Positions 33,343-43,182 of a stretch of 64,000 nt of DNA are shown one piece after another (the stretch's first letter is position 1; the number at the start of each line of letters is the position of its first letter). Under the pieces are notes generated by a model. That model was given only the letters and a program-made list of their open reading frames with translations. It searched no databases and was not told the origin of the DNA. This DNA is from an uncultured Gammaproteobacteria bacterium (GTDB lineage: Bacteria; Patescibacteriota; Microgenomatia; UBA8517), in NCBI GenBank assembly GCA_964583685.1, contig CAZOVJ010000001.1:196033-260032 (forward strand), read 5' to 3'. The position numbers were made by a program, and so were the translations under genes.

Positions 33343-34284
33343 TTAGAGTATTTTAACAAGTTTATCTAAACTTTTTTCATCGTGAGTTGAAGTGGTTACG
33401 ATATTTTTCTTTAGTATTTTCAATTCATTCTCAGTCTTTTTTAAATCTCTCTTGCCAACTAAATCGGATTTTGTAAGAAGAATGACCTCGTTCTTCTTAA
33501 GTAATTTACTACTGAATTTCTCAAGTTCTTTTCTGACTATTTTATAATCCTTCAGCGGGTCAGATGAGTCGGAAGAAATGCAATGAAGTAGTAAGCTCAC
33601 TTTTTGAATATGCTTTAAAAATCTTATTCCCAACCCACGTCCCTCTGACGCTCCTTCAATGAGACCTGGAATGTCAGCTATTATTTTTTTATTTGTCAGT
33701 ACACCTAAATTGGGAGAAAGTGTAGTGAAATGGTATTCGGCGGTTTTAACATTTGCGTTGGTTAATTCATTTAACAAACTGCTTTTCCCCGAACTTGGAA
33801 GGCCAATTAGACCATAATCCGCAATAAATCTAAGAACAATTTTTAAATGACGTTTTTGCCCAGGTTTTGGAGGGATTGTATTCATTGGTGTGGTGTTTTT
33901 CGAGGACCGAAGATCGTAGTTGCCGATTCCACCTATTCCACCCGAACAAAAAAGAACTTTCTCACCAATTTTTTCATAATCAAATACTTCTTTAGTTGTG
34001 AGGTCACTTAACTGTGATCCGACTGGAAGCTGGATTTTTAAATCGCGCCCTCTTTTTCCTGTTCTCTTTTCTTTGCTGCCTCTGCCTCCATTCTCAGCAG
34101 ACAAAACTCCTTTTGGGCGAAACTGGTTAAGAAGGGTAAGATCGGAGCTGATTACCAAGTAAACATTGCCTCCGTCACCGCCATTGCCTCCGTCTGGCCC
34201 GGATTTTGGTCGTTTACCAAAGGAAACAACACCCTCTCCACCATCCCCGGCATTGATTGTAATTTCAATTTCATCTACTAGCAT
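33343..34284 (-). CDS. obg: GTPase Obg
   Basis: 313 aa; Gly-rich Obg fold 'GDGGEGVVSF...GGNGGDGGNVY', G domain 'GLPSSGKSSLL'. Confidence 0.85.
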   Translation of the reverse strand: MLVDEIEITINAGDGGEGVVSFGKRPKSGPDGGNGGDGGNVYLVISSDLTLLNQFRPKGVLSAENGGRGSKEKRTGKRGRDLKIQLPVGSQLSDLTTKEVFDYEKIGEKVLFCSGGIGGIGNYDLRSSKNTTPMNTIPPKPGQKRHLKIVLRFIADYGLIGLPSSGKSSLLNELTNANVKTAEYHFTTLSPNLGVLTNKKIIADIPGLIEGASEGRGLGIRFLKHIQKVSLLLHCISSDSSDPLKDYKIVRKELEKFSSKLLKKNEVILLTKSDLVGKRDLKKTENELKILKKNIVTTSTHDEKSLDKLVKIL

Positions 34285-34342
34285 TAGTGTATGTTATCAT
34301 TTTTTGGTATTTTAGGCTCATAGTGTATAATAATAACTGATT

Positions 34343-35233
34343 ATGGAAATTCCCGAGACATATATAAAGATACCCAACCTTAGAAATTTGGGAAAGATGC
34401 TCCTTCCAGTACTATTTGTTGTTTTTTTATTTCTTTCCTCGTTTCGTGTGATTGGCGCTGGAGAGGTTGGTGTGGTCACAAGATTTGGAAGAGTTACAGG
34501 AAGGGTTTTAGAACCAGGAGCACATCTTATAATTCCTGTTGTTGAAAGAACTTCGAATTACAATACAAAAAAGATAATCTACGAGACTACAGCGTCTGAC
34601 AAACAACAATATTCTGAAGCTGATTACAAAGATTTTCCGGTGGATACAAACACAGAAGATGGTCAACAAGTCGATATCTTCTATACTGTCAGGTTTAATA
34701 TCGACCCAACTAAAGCTGCTTGGGTAGCACAAAATATCGGACCAGAAATAGCTCTGGTTGAAAAAGTGGTAAAAACTGAAAGCAGGATTTGGGCGAGGAA
34801 TGTTCCAAGAAGGTTTTCTGCAGAGACTTTGTATACAGGGGATGGATCAATTCAAGTGCAAAACCAGATATTTGATGCCCTCAAAAACACTTTTGAAGAA
34901 AATGGATTAATTTTGGATTCTGTTGGTATAAGAGAAATCAAATTTACAGAACAATATATAGGTGCAATCGAAGCAAAGCAAATCGAAGCGGTGAAAGTTG
35001 AAACTGAAAAAAACAAAGCAGAACAAGCGAAATTCCAGAAGGAGGCTAGAATTACACAAGCTGAAGGACAAGCTCAAGAACAAAGATTACAAAGAGAAAC
35101 TCTAAATGCGCAAGTTTTAGAAAAGATTAAACTGGATAATCAAAAGGCGTTTATAGATAAATGGAATGGTGTAATGCCGAGAATTGTCGGAGCCGAAGGA
35201 ACACTTTTTGACGTAAGTAGTTTCTTTGAATAA
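34343..35233 (+). CDS. SPFH/band-7 (prohibitin/HflK-like) domain membrane protein
   Basis: 296 aa; N-terminal TM, 'PGAHLIIPVVERT' SPFH start, C-terminal coiled coil. Confidence 0.75.
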   Translation: MEIPETYIKIPNLRNLGKMLLPVLFVVFLFLSSFRVIGAGEVGVVTRFGRVTGRVLEPGAHLIIPVVERTSNYNTKKIIYETTASDKQQYSEADYKDFPVDTNTEDGQQVDIFYTVRFNIDPTKAAWVAQNIGPEIALVEKVVKTESRIWARNVPRRFSAETLYTGDGSIQVQNQIFDALKNTFEENGLILDSVGIREIKFTEQYIGAIEAKQIEAVKVETEKNKAEQAKFQKEARITQAEGQAQEQRLQRETLNAQVLEKIKLDNQKAFIDKWNGVMPRIVGAEGTLFDVSSFFE

Positions 35234-35271
35234 ATAGCTTCATGGAGTATAATTCGTAAGCTAAGGAAATT

Positions 35272-35700
35272 ATGAGGAGTTACAATCAAAACAATAAGTC
35301 GGGTGGTGGAAGATATGGAGGAGATTTTCGTAGGCGTGACACTGGGCGTAGGAGAATGTACAAAGCGGTGTGTGACGAATGCGGAAAAGACTGTGAAGTT
35401 CCTTTTAAGCCAAGTGGAGATAAGCCAATATATTGTAGTGACTGTTTTGAAAAGAAGGGTGGCGGAAGTTTAAAAAGATCAAGTCGAAGAAGCACTGGAA
35501 GATCTGGTTTTGGAAAAAGAGATGATACAAATAAACAGTTATTAGAGCAAGTCAGTTCCCTAAATACGAAACTTGATAGAATTCTTAGAGTGCTTGAGTC
35601 GAGCGTTGAAAAGAAACCAGTTTCAAAAAAAACTGGGGTTAAGAAAGTAGTAAAAAAGGCTACCTCCAAAAAAGTTAAGAAATCCACGCCGAAAGATTAA
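35272..35700 (+). CDS. zinc-ribbon protein with Arg/Lys-rich tails
   Basis: 142 aa; 'CDECGKDCEVPF...IYCSDCF' CxxC-x15-CxxC; basic N- and C-termini. Confidence 0.5.
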   Translation: MRSYNQNNKSGGGRYGGDFRRRDTGRRRMYKAVCDECGKDCEVPFKPSGDKPIYCSDCFEKKGGGSLKRSSRRSTGRSGFGKRDDTNKQLLEQVSSLNTKLDRILRVLESSVEKKPVSKKTGVKKVVKKATSKKVKKSTPKD

Positions 35701-35730
35701 AAAGATTACACCAGGAGTGTATAAATAGCC

Positions 35731-36390
35731 TTGTCGTCTTGCCCCAATATGGCTTATAATAAACACAGTCTTCGTTATCCCATAATTGTGTGGATTAGCG
35801 GGTTTATGAGTAGGAAAAAAACCTTTGATTGGACAGAGTTCTGGCGAGAACGCCCGTTCATTTGGGTAAAACTGTTCTCTTGGTATGAATCTAAAGTTTG
35901 TCTTCGGCTTTTCAAAGTCTTAGATGTTAAAACTTGTTTGGAGCTTGGCGGTGGGCCGGGTTATTTGGCAAAATTAGTTGCCCAGAGGCTGAGGTATAAG
36001 TTGACTCTTGTTGAAAACGACCCAGAAGCTTACAAACTTTTTAAAAAGCATTCTAATTTTGGCCACTATGTTTTCCAAGATTTTTTCAAATACAAGCCCC
36101 AGGAAAAATTTGATCTTGTTTTCAGCTTCGGGGTTATCGAACACTATCCTGATAAGAAAAGAAGATTGGAGGCGATTCGAGTTCATCAAAGACTCTCTAA
36201 TAAATATGTGGCTATTTTTGTTCCCAAGAACTCCTTTTTTGTCAGACACTTTTTCCACTACCCAGAAGAAAAAGGATTTGAAAAATTATATATGCCAGAA
36301 GAACTTAAAGACGAATTAGAGAAGGTTGGACTTAAAACTATTAAGTTTGCCCAGAACTACCACGCAATCGGCTATTTGTGTCAAATTTAA
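35731..36390 (+). CDS. class I SAM-dependent methyltransferase
   Basis: 219 aa; motif I 'LELGGGPGYLA'. Confidence 0.6.
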   Translation: MSSCPNMAYNKHSLRYPIIVWISGFMSRKKTFDWTEFWRERPFIWVKLFSWYESKVCLRLFKVLDVKTCLELGGGPGYLAKLVAQRLRYKLTLVENDPEAYKLFKKHSNFGHYVFQDFFKYKPQEKFDLVFSFGVIEHYPDKKRRLEAIRVHQRLSNKYVAIFVPKNSFFVRHFFHYPEEKGFEKLYMPEELKDELEKVGLKTIKFAQNYHAIGYLCQI

Positions 36391-36421
36391 AAAGAAGCTT
36401 TGAAAAGATATGGGTTTTCTC

Positions 36422-37744
36422 TTATTTCCTAATAACTGTGTAGGAAATGGGGTGGAAAAGAAAGACGGCCGGCGAATCCTCTACTAAAAATCTTTGAAAA
36501 TCAAGATAGATTTTTTTCCGTTCTTCTTGGTCTAATTCCAAACGTCCGTCTTCTAATAATTTATCAATTCGGGGATTTGAGTAGTTTGAAATATTTGTTT
36601 CACTTTGGCTGGAATGCCAGGTAGGATATTGGTCCGGGTCCCTGGGAATATCATATATGGCTAAAAAAGCCTGATATTCTTCGGGTAAGATAGAGGTGAC
36701 TTGGACAGTTGTTTTAATTCCCACCCGTTCCCAGTTATCGGCAATTTTTTCCGCGATATCTAGAAGAACCGGTGTTGTTGCCAACTTAATATTTAGATTT
36801 TCTCTTAATTCTTGGGGCTGATCCGTTATCAACTCTTGGGCTCGTCCCTGGTTGAAATTGTAGGGTTTGGTTTGAGAATTATAAGCCCAAGAATTTGATG
36901 ATAATGGTCCAAGAGCTCTTTTTTCTTTAAATTGTTTTTTGTCGATCGCATAGGCCAGCGTCTGTCTTAAAGACTTATCAGACAAATATTTATCTTGGAT
37001 ATTGAAAAAGATGGCCACATACTGGTTTTCGTTTATGTTTTGCTTAATTTTAACTGTTTTCCAAATATCAAAAGGGTCGGGATTAATCAAACCCTGAATC
37101 CAGTCTATCTCTCCTAGTTTAAAAGCTAATTTTGTTCTTTCTTCACTGGGATAAAATTTAAATATTCGCTTTTCGCCTTCATTATTTATTAAGACCAGCT
37201 TTTGGACGAAGTTACCGGTCAAGGAAAGCTTGCTCACTTTCCATTCTCCTGAGGCCAAAAGGCCCTTTTTAAAAATAGGTCTAGATACAACAGCAGGGAA
37301 AGGAGCCAGTGGGCTATCTAAAACAAAAACAAGAGTATTTTCATTTGGCCTTTGAATCTCTACATCCTGAAAGTTATATTTAATGTTTTCTGAGCTTATT
37401 CTTTCACCGTCCTGCCAATATTTGTTCTCGCAAAGATGGAAAATCCAGGTTTTACCAGAGTCTGGTGTTTCCCAATTTTCAGCTAAGCCCGGAATGACCT
37501 GCCCAGTGGCATCGATGTTTGTTAATCCCTCTCCGATTTGACTTGAGATTATTAGAGGTAGTTCTTCTGGGTGAAACCTACCGCTTACTCCAATCTTTGT
37601 TGTTTTTTTAAGAAATATTGGAGAAAGAAATTTCAAAAAAACAAAAGAGATAAAGCCCAACAATATTCCCAGTAAGATGATTCCCTTAAACCTGGGAATA
37701 AAGGTGGAGAACAGTTTAACTAGATAGCGTATGCTAAACATCAA
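36422..37744 (-). CDS. ABC transporter substrate-binding protein, family 5 (peptide/nickel type)
   Basis: 440 aa; N-terminal TM anchor; 'NPRIDKLLEDGRLELDQEERKKIYLDFQRFLVEDSPAVFLFH' SBP_bac_5 C-terminal signature. Confidence 0.7.
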   Translation of the reverse strand: MMFSIRYLVKLFSTFIPRFKGIILLGILLGFISFVFLKFLSPIFLKKTTKIGVSGRFHPEELPLIISSQIGEGLTNIDATGQVIPGLAENWETPDSGKTWIFHLCENKYWQDGERISSENIKYNFQDVEIQRPNENTLVFVLDSPLAPFPAVVSRPIFKKGLLASGEWKVSKLSLTGNFVQKLVLINNEGEKRIFKFYPSEERTKLAFKLGEIDWIQGLINPDPFDIWKTVKIKQNINENQYVAIFFNIQDKYLSDKSLRQTLAYAIDKKQFKEKRALGPLSSNSWAYNSQTKPYNFNQGRAQELITDQPQELRENLNIKLATTPVLLDIAEKIADNWERVGIKTTVQVTSILPEEYQAFLAIYDIPRDPDQYPTWHSSQSETNISNYSNPRIDKLLEDGRLELDQEERKKIYLDFQRFLVEDSPAVFLFHPISYTVIRK

Positions 37745-37959
37745 AAGGCAATCATCTGGAGCACTGAAGCAAGAATAAAGAGAAAAGCAAGGACAAAGGT
37801 CAATTTAAAAATTAGACCTTCTAACCCTCGTCTGGAAAATGAAGTTAGTTCCTTACCCCAAACCCGACCTAGACCAGTTCCCCGGACTTGTACGAGTATA
37901 AAAACAGAAAGAATTAAGGCGGTGATAATTTGAAAAAACAAAAGCAGATTAGCCATCAC
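37741..37959 (-). CDS. secG: preprotein translocase subunit SecG
   Basis: 72 aa; two TM helices flanking 'LVQVRGTGLGRVWG' Gly-rich loop. Confidence 0.65.
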   Translation of the reverse strand: MMANLLLFFQIITALILSVFILVQVRGTGLGRVWGKELTSFSRRGLEGLIFKLTFVLAFLFILASVLQMIAF

Positions 37960-37980
37960 TTTAATTATTATACCTGATTT

Positions 37981-38385
37981 TTAGTCAATCAGCCAATAAA
38001 TGAAGCTAGTAATAAAGGAAATTGGTAAGGAAAAGGCTATATATGAAAATACTCCGGCTGGAAAGGAAAGCGAAGGAAAATTAAAAAATGCAGAAGAAAA
38101 ACCGCCAAAGTAAAAGCTGTTAATTGTTATTTGGGTTAAAACCATGTCCACCAAGAAAAGGGTTACGGCATTACTCACCCATCTAAAAAAGCCAAAGGTA
38201 ACCAAATTCAGAGGAAGTAAGAGAAGGTTGATTATTGGTCGAGCCAAAAGACTGGCTAAGGCTAAGGCCGCACCGACCAAAAAGATGTCTTGGTTTCCTC
38301 TCTCAAAAATAATTCCCCTGGTCATTTCTGAAACCAGATACAGAGCAAAGATTTCTACGCTAAAAATTCTTAAGATTCTCTTCAC
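37981..38385 (-). CDS. hypothetical integral membrane protein
   Basis: 134 aa, 4 predicted TM helices. Confidence 0.4.
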   Translation of the reverse strand: MKRILRIFSVEIFALYLVSEMTRGIIFERGNQDIFLVGAALALASLLARPIINLLLLPLNLVTFGFFRWVSNAVTLFLVDMVLTQITINSFYFGGFSSAFFNFPSLSFPAGVFSYIAFSLPISFITSFIYWLID

Positions 38386-40199
38386 TTCTTTTTAAAAACC
38401 AATCTATTTAAAATATACACTACAAGAAGAGTGAAAAACAAAATTAAAAATACAAAAATCAAGCTCGTAATTAGCATCATGTGTTTGTTTGTTGGTACAA
38501 CTACTTGTTGTTCGGCAATAACTATTGATAGATTATTGGGAGTTTTTTCTCCGAACAAGCTAAAAGGAACGTTAATCGGTATTCTTTCTACCCCATAAGG
38601 TGGCAGTAGCTCAATATTTTGCGTGAATGATTCTTGGTTGTCAAAAAGGATTTTTACAGTTTGATTGTAAAAAGCAACTGGACCCGTATTTTTAATTTCA
38701 GCAATAAGCTGGACATCGTGGAATGGTATGCTCCTTTTGCTTGTTGCTATAATCTGAGGAAGACTAGTTCTTTTTTCCGGTAGTTGTCCGAAGGTGATAA
38801 AAACATCTTTTTGGGGATTGGGCCCTAATTTATAGGAGCCAGCAGGATAAGGGTAGTGGGGATTTTTGCCGTGAACTACAAAGCTAAAGTGTCTAAGGTC
38901 AAGCTTTGAAAAAAAATCTACGCCGGCAGTGGTATTTCCCCAGGTAGGATCAACTGGAGTCCAAACTCCCAATTCTTTGTTCCAGTACTCAGGCCAGGAA
39001 TGAAGAACATCGGCAACCAAAGATAAGGGTTCTATTGATGGATTTTCAGTATAGGCAAAACCGTTAATTTCTCGGGCTGGAATGCCAGCCGCCCGAGCAA
39101 GGGCGATAAAAAGGTCGGTAAATTCAGTACAAATTGCCTCTTTAGGATTATCAAGGGCCGCTTTGGCCCCCAACCTTTCACTATTCGGCTTAACTCGCTC
39201 ATAACTATAACTAAGAGTTGAGGTTACAAAGTTATATATTGCTTTTGGTGTCTGAAGATTTTCCGCCAACTTTTTAATTTGCGGGTCATTAACTTGCCAA
39301 ACCTCGGTCTCTTTTTTGTTTTCTTCTAGAATATTGAGTGGAGATTTGGGAAATTCCCTTGCCATAGCAAAAATTTGGACTAGTCCGTTTACTTGCACGT
39401 CAACCCGTTCACGGGGCTTTAATTTATAGATAGCCAACCAATTACCCTCTTCATCGTTATAGACTCTCTCAGGTTCCGGACTGATTTTTTGATAATTGAG
39501 TTTTTGGAATGCCGTATCCGGAGGTATGGCAATTTCCACAAAAGCTTGTTTGTTTAAAGGATTTTCAAGATGGTAGGTTAGGTCAAAAGAAAATACCTGG
39601 AACTTACCAAAAGCAGCACTTACACCTTTGTCCTTGATTCTTTCTTTGTCAAAGTAAAAAACCCTTTTTTGGGCAGTCTGACTAGTACGCGAGGCTTGGG
39701 GAGAGATGTATGCTAACTGGTCAAAAGATAGAGGCACAGTCAACATTACGAAGTAAGATTTATAAGAACCGGTATCTGTATGTTTGGGAATAGAAATCTC
39801 CCAGATTTCTCCGGTCCTGGTTGCAATAGAACTGTTTTCAAAAACAAGCTGAAACTGACGCTTTTCCCCTTTGCCAACTAGGGCATCGCTAAAATCAATT
39901 TTAAGAATAACACTACCGTCTGTATTTTCACTTACTTTTAAATCAAGAGCTTGGGAACCTTGAAAGGCCCTGGGGTTTTTGGGTTTCAGGCCTTCTAGAT
40001 AAAGACTATAACTTGTGGCATAAAGATTTGAGAATAGATTGGTTAAGCTTATTTTGTGGGTTATGGTTGTTACTCCCCGTTCGTCAATGTCATAATTTAC
40101 CTCAATATCGGTTGAGAATTCTGATTGGGCCTTGAGTGAAGTAGGCAGAAGAAAAAAACAGGCAAAAAAAAGGCAAAAAAATTTTAGTCTTCTGAGCAT
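38382..40199 (-). CDS. transglutaminase-like superfamily protein, secreted with C-terminal TM anchor
   Basis: 605 aa; signal peptide; Cys-His-Asp core 'CTEFTDLFIALARAAGIPAR...HSWPEYW...PVDPT'; C-terminal hydrophobic helix. Confidence 0.65.
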   Translation of the reverse strand: MLRRLKFFCLFFACFFLLPTSLKAQSEFSTDIEVNYDIDERGVTTITHKISLTNLFSNLYATSYSLYLEGLKPKNPRAFQGSQALDLKVSENTDGSVILKIDFSDALVGKGEKRQFQLVFENSSIATRTGEIWEISIPKHTDTGSYKSYFVMLTVPLSFDQLAYISPQASRTSQTAQKRVFYFDKERIKDKGVSAAFGKFQVFSFDLTYHLENPLNKQAFVEIAIPPDTAFQKLNYQKISPEPERVYNDEEGNWLAIYKLKPRERVDVQVNGLVQIFAMAREFPKSPLNILEENKKETEVWQVNDPQIKKLAENLQTPKAIYNFVTSTLSYSYERVKPNSERLGAKAALDNPKEAICTEFTDLFIALARAAGIPAREINGFAYTENPSIEPLSLVADVLHSWPEYWNKELGVWTPVDPTWGNTTAGVDFFSKLDLRHFSFVVHGKNPHYPYPAGSYKLGPNPQKDVFITFGQLPEKRTSLPQIIATSKRSIPFHDVQLIAEIKNTGPVAFYNQTVKILFDNQESFTQNIELLPPYGVERIPINVPFSLFGEKTPNNLSIVIAEQQVVVPTNKHMMLITSLIFVFLILFFTLLVVYILNRLVFKKK

Positions 40200-40271
40200 T
40201 AAAATTAGTATAAGCTAAATCTTCTTTCTAGTGAAACTGGCACTTGACAACATTCGGGTTTTATTTGTAAA

Positions 40272-40904
40272 TTGGAAAGGATGGCTTTAGTAATTTATAA
40301 AAGACAAAAGCAGATTTTAAATTTTCTTAAACAGTATATCCAAACTCACGGTGTGGCTCCAACATTGAAGCAGATTGCCGATGCCCTAGAAGTATCTTCT
40401 CTGGCAACTGTTCACGAACATCTAAGTGCTCTTGAGGCAAAGGGTTTTATCAAGAGAAAAGCAGGAAAAGTAAGGTCAATTGTTTTAGTAAATCAGAATT
40501 TTAATTTTTCCGGAACTGAAGTGATAGAAACACCTATATTAGGATTCATTGCCGCCGGGAAGCCAATAGAGCCATACACCGACCCAAATGCAACTTTAAG
40601 AATTTCTCCTTCATTTGTTTCAGATAAGAAGAATACTTATGTTTTACAAGTCCGTGGTGATTCGATGATTGAGGAACAAATCAGAGACGGTGACTTTGTC
40701 GTTATAGAGCAAACAGAACAGGCGAAAAATGGAGATATAGTTGTTGCCCTTTTAGATAATGGAATGGCTACCTTAAAAAGATTCTTTAGGGAAGCGACAA
40801 GAGTTAGATTAGAACCGGCTAATTCACAAATGAGTCCGATGTTTGTCAAAAAGGTCCACATTCAAGGAAAAGTTGTTGGATTGATTAGAAAGTATGCTAA
40901 TTAA
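40272..40904 (+). CDS. lexA: LexA repressor (SOS regulator, S24 peptidase)
   Basis: 210 aa; N-terminal wHTH, 'AAG' cleavage site, 'VRGDSMIE' Ser nucleophile, 'LKRF' Lys. Confidence 0.85.
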   Translation: MERMALVIYKRQKQILNFLKQYIQTHGVAPTLKQIADALEVSSLATVHEHLSALEAKGFIKRKAGKVRSIVLVNQNFNFSGTEVIETPILGFIAAGKPIEPYTDPNATLRISPSFVSDKKNTYVLQVRGDSMIEEQIRDGDFVVIEQTEQAKNGDIVVALLDNGMATLKRFFREATRVRLEPANSQMSPMFVKKVHIQGKVVGLIRKYAN

Positions 40905-41527
40905 GTCTTTTTGTGTTTGAGGTGGGTACGAATATAGAAGATAACGGCCAAAATTCCCAGGCCGATAATGACAAATTGGAACTTCCTAAAGTAGGGCTCG
41001 ACAACCAGCCAGTTCTGACCAAATTTCACTCCTAACCAGGCCAAAAATGCGGACCAAATAAGAGAACCGCTAAAAGTGAGCAAACAAAATAAAGGTAAAT
41101 TCATTTTGGTTATTCCGGCTGGTAATGAGATGAAGGTACGAACGACCGGTAACAGTCGTGAGCCGAAAGCAACCATCTGTCCGTATTTCTGGAACCATGA
41201 TTTTGCCTTATCATAATCTTTTTCTCTGATAAGTAGCCATTTTCCCCACTTATCAATGGCCATCCGTACCCAACTTTCTCCCTTGACTGCCCCTAGCCAG
41301 TAAGCAAGTAATGAACCAATAAGATTGCCTAGTGCGCCGACAAAAACTATTGAAAAGAAATTTAGGACTCCCCTTCCGGCCAAGAAACCGGCAAAGCACA
41401 TAGTAACTTCAGAGGGTATGGGAATTAAAGCTGACTCAGCCGTCATCAATATCAAGACAGCCCAAAGCCCGTAAAGGTCGATTAGATGAGTCAAATTGTC
41501 AATAATGATTTTGCTTATGTCTGCCAT
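40901..41527 (-). CDS. DedA/SNARE-associated family membrane protein
   Basis: 208 aa; DedA-like TM topology with 'G..R..P..R' pattern. Confidence 0.55.
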   Translation of the reverse strand: MADISKIIIDNLTHLIDLYGLWAVLILMTAESALIPIPSEVTMCFAGFLAGRGVLNFFSIVFVGALGNLIGSLLAYWLGAVKGESWVRMAIDKWGKWLLIREKDYDKAKSWFQKYGQMVAFGSRLLPVVRTFISLPAGITKMNLPLFCLLTFSGSLIWSAFLAWLGVKFGQNWLVVEPYFRKFQFVIIGLGILAVIFYIRTHLKHKKT

Positions 41528-43182
41528 ATGCCTTGAAGTAAATTTCTTCCTGTCATACTCAAAGGAGCTTTTAAAGATAAAAGCTTGAGAACTGTTGGGG
41601 CTATATCGGCAAGAATACCTGTAGCTAAGGTTTGAGGCCGGCCCAAGAATTGTTGAGAAACAGCAATGAAGGGAACCGGGTTGTCACTATGCTCAGTATC
41701 AATTTCTCCAGTTTGACTATTGATCATCTCTTCCACATTTCCGTGGTCAGCGGTGATGAGGAGAACTCCTTGGTAGCCAAGAACAAAGTGGGCAATTTTG
41801 CCAAGGCATTCATCAGTTATTTCACAGGCTTTTACGGCCGGTCCAATACTACCTGTATGCCCTACCATGTCCGGATTGGGGTAATTGACCAAGATAAACG
41901 AGTACTCCAGGGATTTTAGGCGTTCCAATAGTTTATTTGTCAATTCAACAGCTGACATCTCTGGTTGAAGGTCATAGGTGGCCACTTTGGGAGAAGGAAC
42001 GATTAACCTGTCTTCTCCAGGAAAAGGGTTTTCTCTTTGACCGTTAAAATAGTAAGTTACAAAACGTTCTTTTTCCGACTCAGTAGCCCTCAATTGTCTA
42101 AGGTTTGCATCAGCCACCACCCGACCCAAAGGCAAATCTATTCTTTCCGGCTGGATGGCCACTTTTGCACCGGCTTTTATCAAGGAACGGCTGTATTCGG
42201 TCATGGTAGCGAAATAAAGGTTTTCAAGAAGTTTACCCCTTTTAAAAATAGGCAGAGCTTTTCCTTTGCTGGGAATGCTCGTTTTTTTATATTTTTCCAA
42301 AAAAGGGTCAAAATCCAATTCCAGGCTACCGATGGAGAAATCCTTAACGATAAAGGCAGCAGTTAGCTGCCTTGGTCTGTCAATTCGAAAATTTAAGAAA
42401 ACAACCGCGTCATTATCCTTTATTAAGGCTAAAGGATTGCCTTGAGAGTCGCACATTAAGGATGGTTCTATAAATTCGTCTGTTTGGCCCTCAGCATAGG
42501 AAAAATCGATTGCTTCTTCGGGGGTTTTTACTAAACGACCTTGGCCCTGGGTTAGGGCAAAGTAAGCCTTGGCAGTTCTTTCCCAGCGCCTATCTCTATC
42601 CATGGCCCAATATCTCCCTATGATGGAGGCGATTTCACCAATACCTTCTTTTTTGATTACCTCTCGAAGTCTAGCAATGTAAGTCTTTGCCGCCGTTGGC
42701 GGCGAATCTCTTCCATCAGTAAAAAGATGTAAAAATACTCTTTTGCATCCTCGTTCTTTAGCTAGGTTAATCAGAGCGAAAAGATGTTCTATGTTGGAAT
42801 GGACGCCGCCGGCTCCTATCAAACCCAGGTAGTGTAAGTGAGAGTTATTCTTCTTGGCATGCTCGATTGCTTCTATAAGAATTGGATTTTTGAAAAAACT
42901 GCCATCAGCTATTGACATGTTAATCCGTTCTAAGTCTTGGTAAACAATTCTGCCGGCACCGAGGTTTAGATGGCCTGTTTCACTGTTTCCTGCCTCTTTT
43001 CTGGGTAATCCAACCGCCCTTCCGGAAGCCAGGAGTTGAGCATGAGGAAAAGAAGCCCAAAAGCGATCCATGTTGACAGTTCTAGCTAGGGTTACCGCAT
43101 TACCCGGACCTTGAGGAGCAATACCCCATCCATCAAGAACAAGCAAACAAACAAATTTATGCGGCCTGTTTGGGGTTTTCAT
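41515..43182 (-). CDS. gpmI: 2,3-bisphosphoglycerate-independent phosphoglycerate mutase
   Basis: 555 aa; 'LLVLDGWGIAPQGPGNAV' N-terminus, metal-binding 'DGRD' and 'TADHGN'. Confidence 0.9.
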   Translation of the reverse strand: MKTPNRPHKFVCLLVLDGWGIAPQGPGNAVTLARTVNMDRFWASFPHAQLLASGRAVGLPRKEAGNSETGHLNLGAGRIVYQDLERINMSIADGSFFKNPILIEAIEHAKKNNSHLHYLGLIGAGGVHSNIEHLFALINLAKERGCKRVFLHLFTDGRDSPPTAAKTYIARLREVIKKEGIGEIASIIGRYWAMDRDRRWERTAKAYFALTQGQGRLVKTPEEAIDFSYAEGQTDEFIEPSLMCDSQGNPLALIKDNDAVVFLNFRIDRPRQLTAAFIVKDFSIGSLELDFDPFLEKYKKTSIPSKGKALPIFKRGKLLENLYFATMTEYSRSLIKAGAKVAIQPERIDLPLGRVVADANLRQLRATESEKERFVTYYFNGQRENPFPGEDRLIVPSPKVATYDLQPEMSAVELTNKLLERLKSLEYSFILVNYPNPDMVGHTGSIGPAVKACEITDECLGKIAHFVLGYQGVLLITADHGNVEEMINSQTGEIDTEHSDNPVPFIAVSQQFLGRPQTLATGILADIAPTVLKLLSLKAPLSMTGRNLLQGIWQT

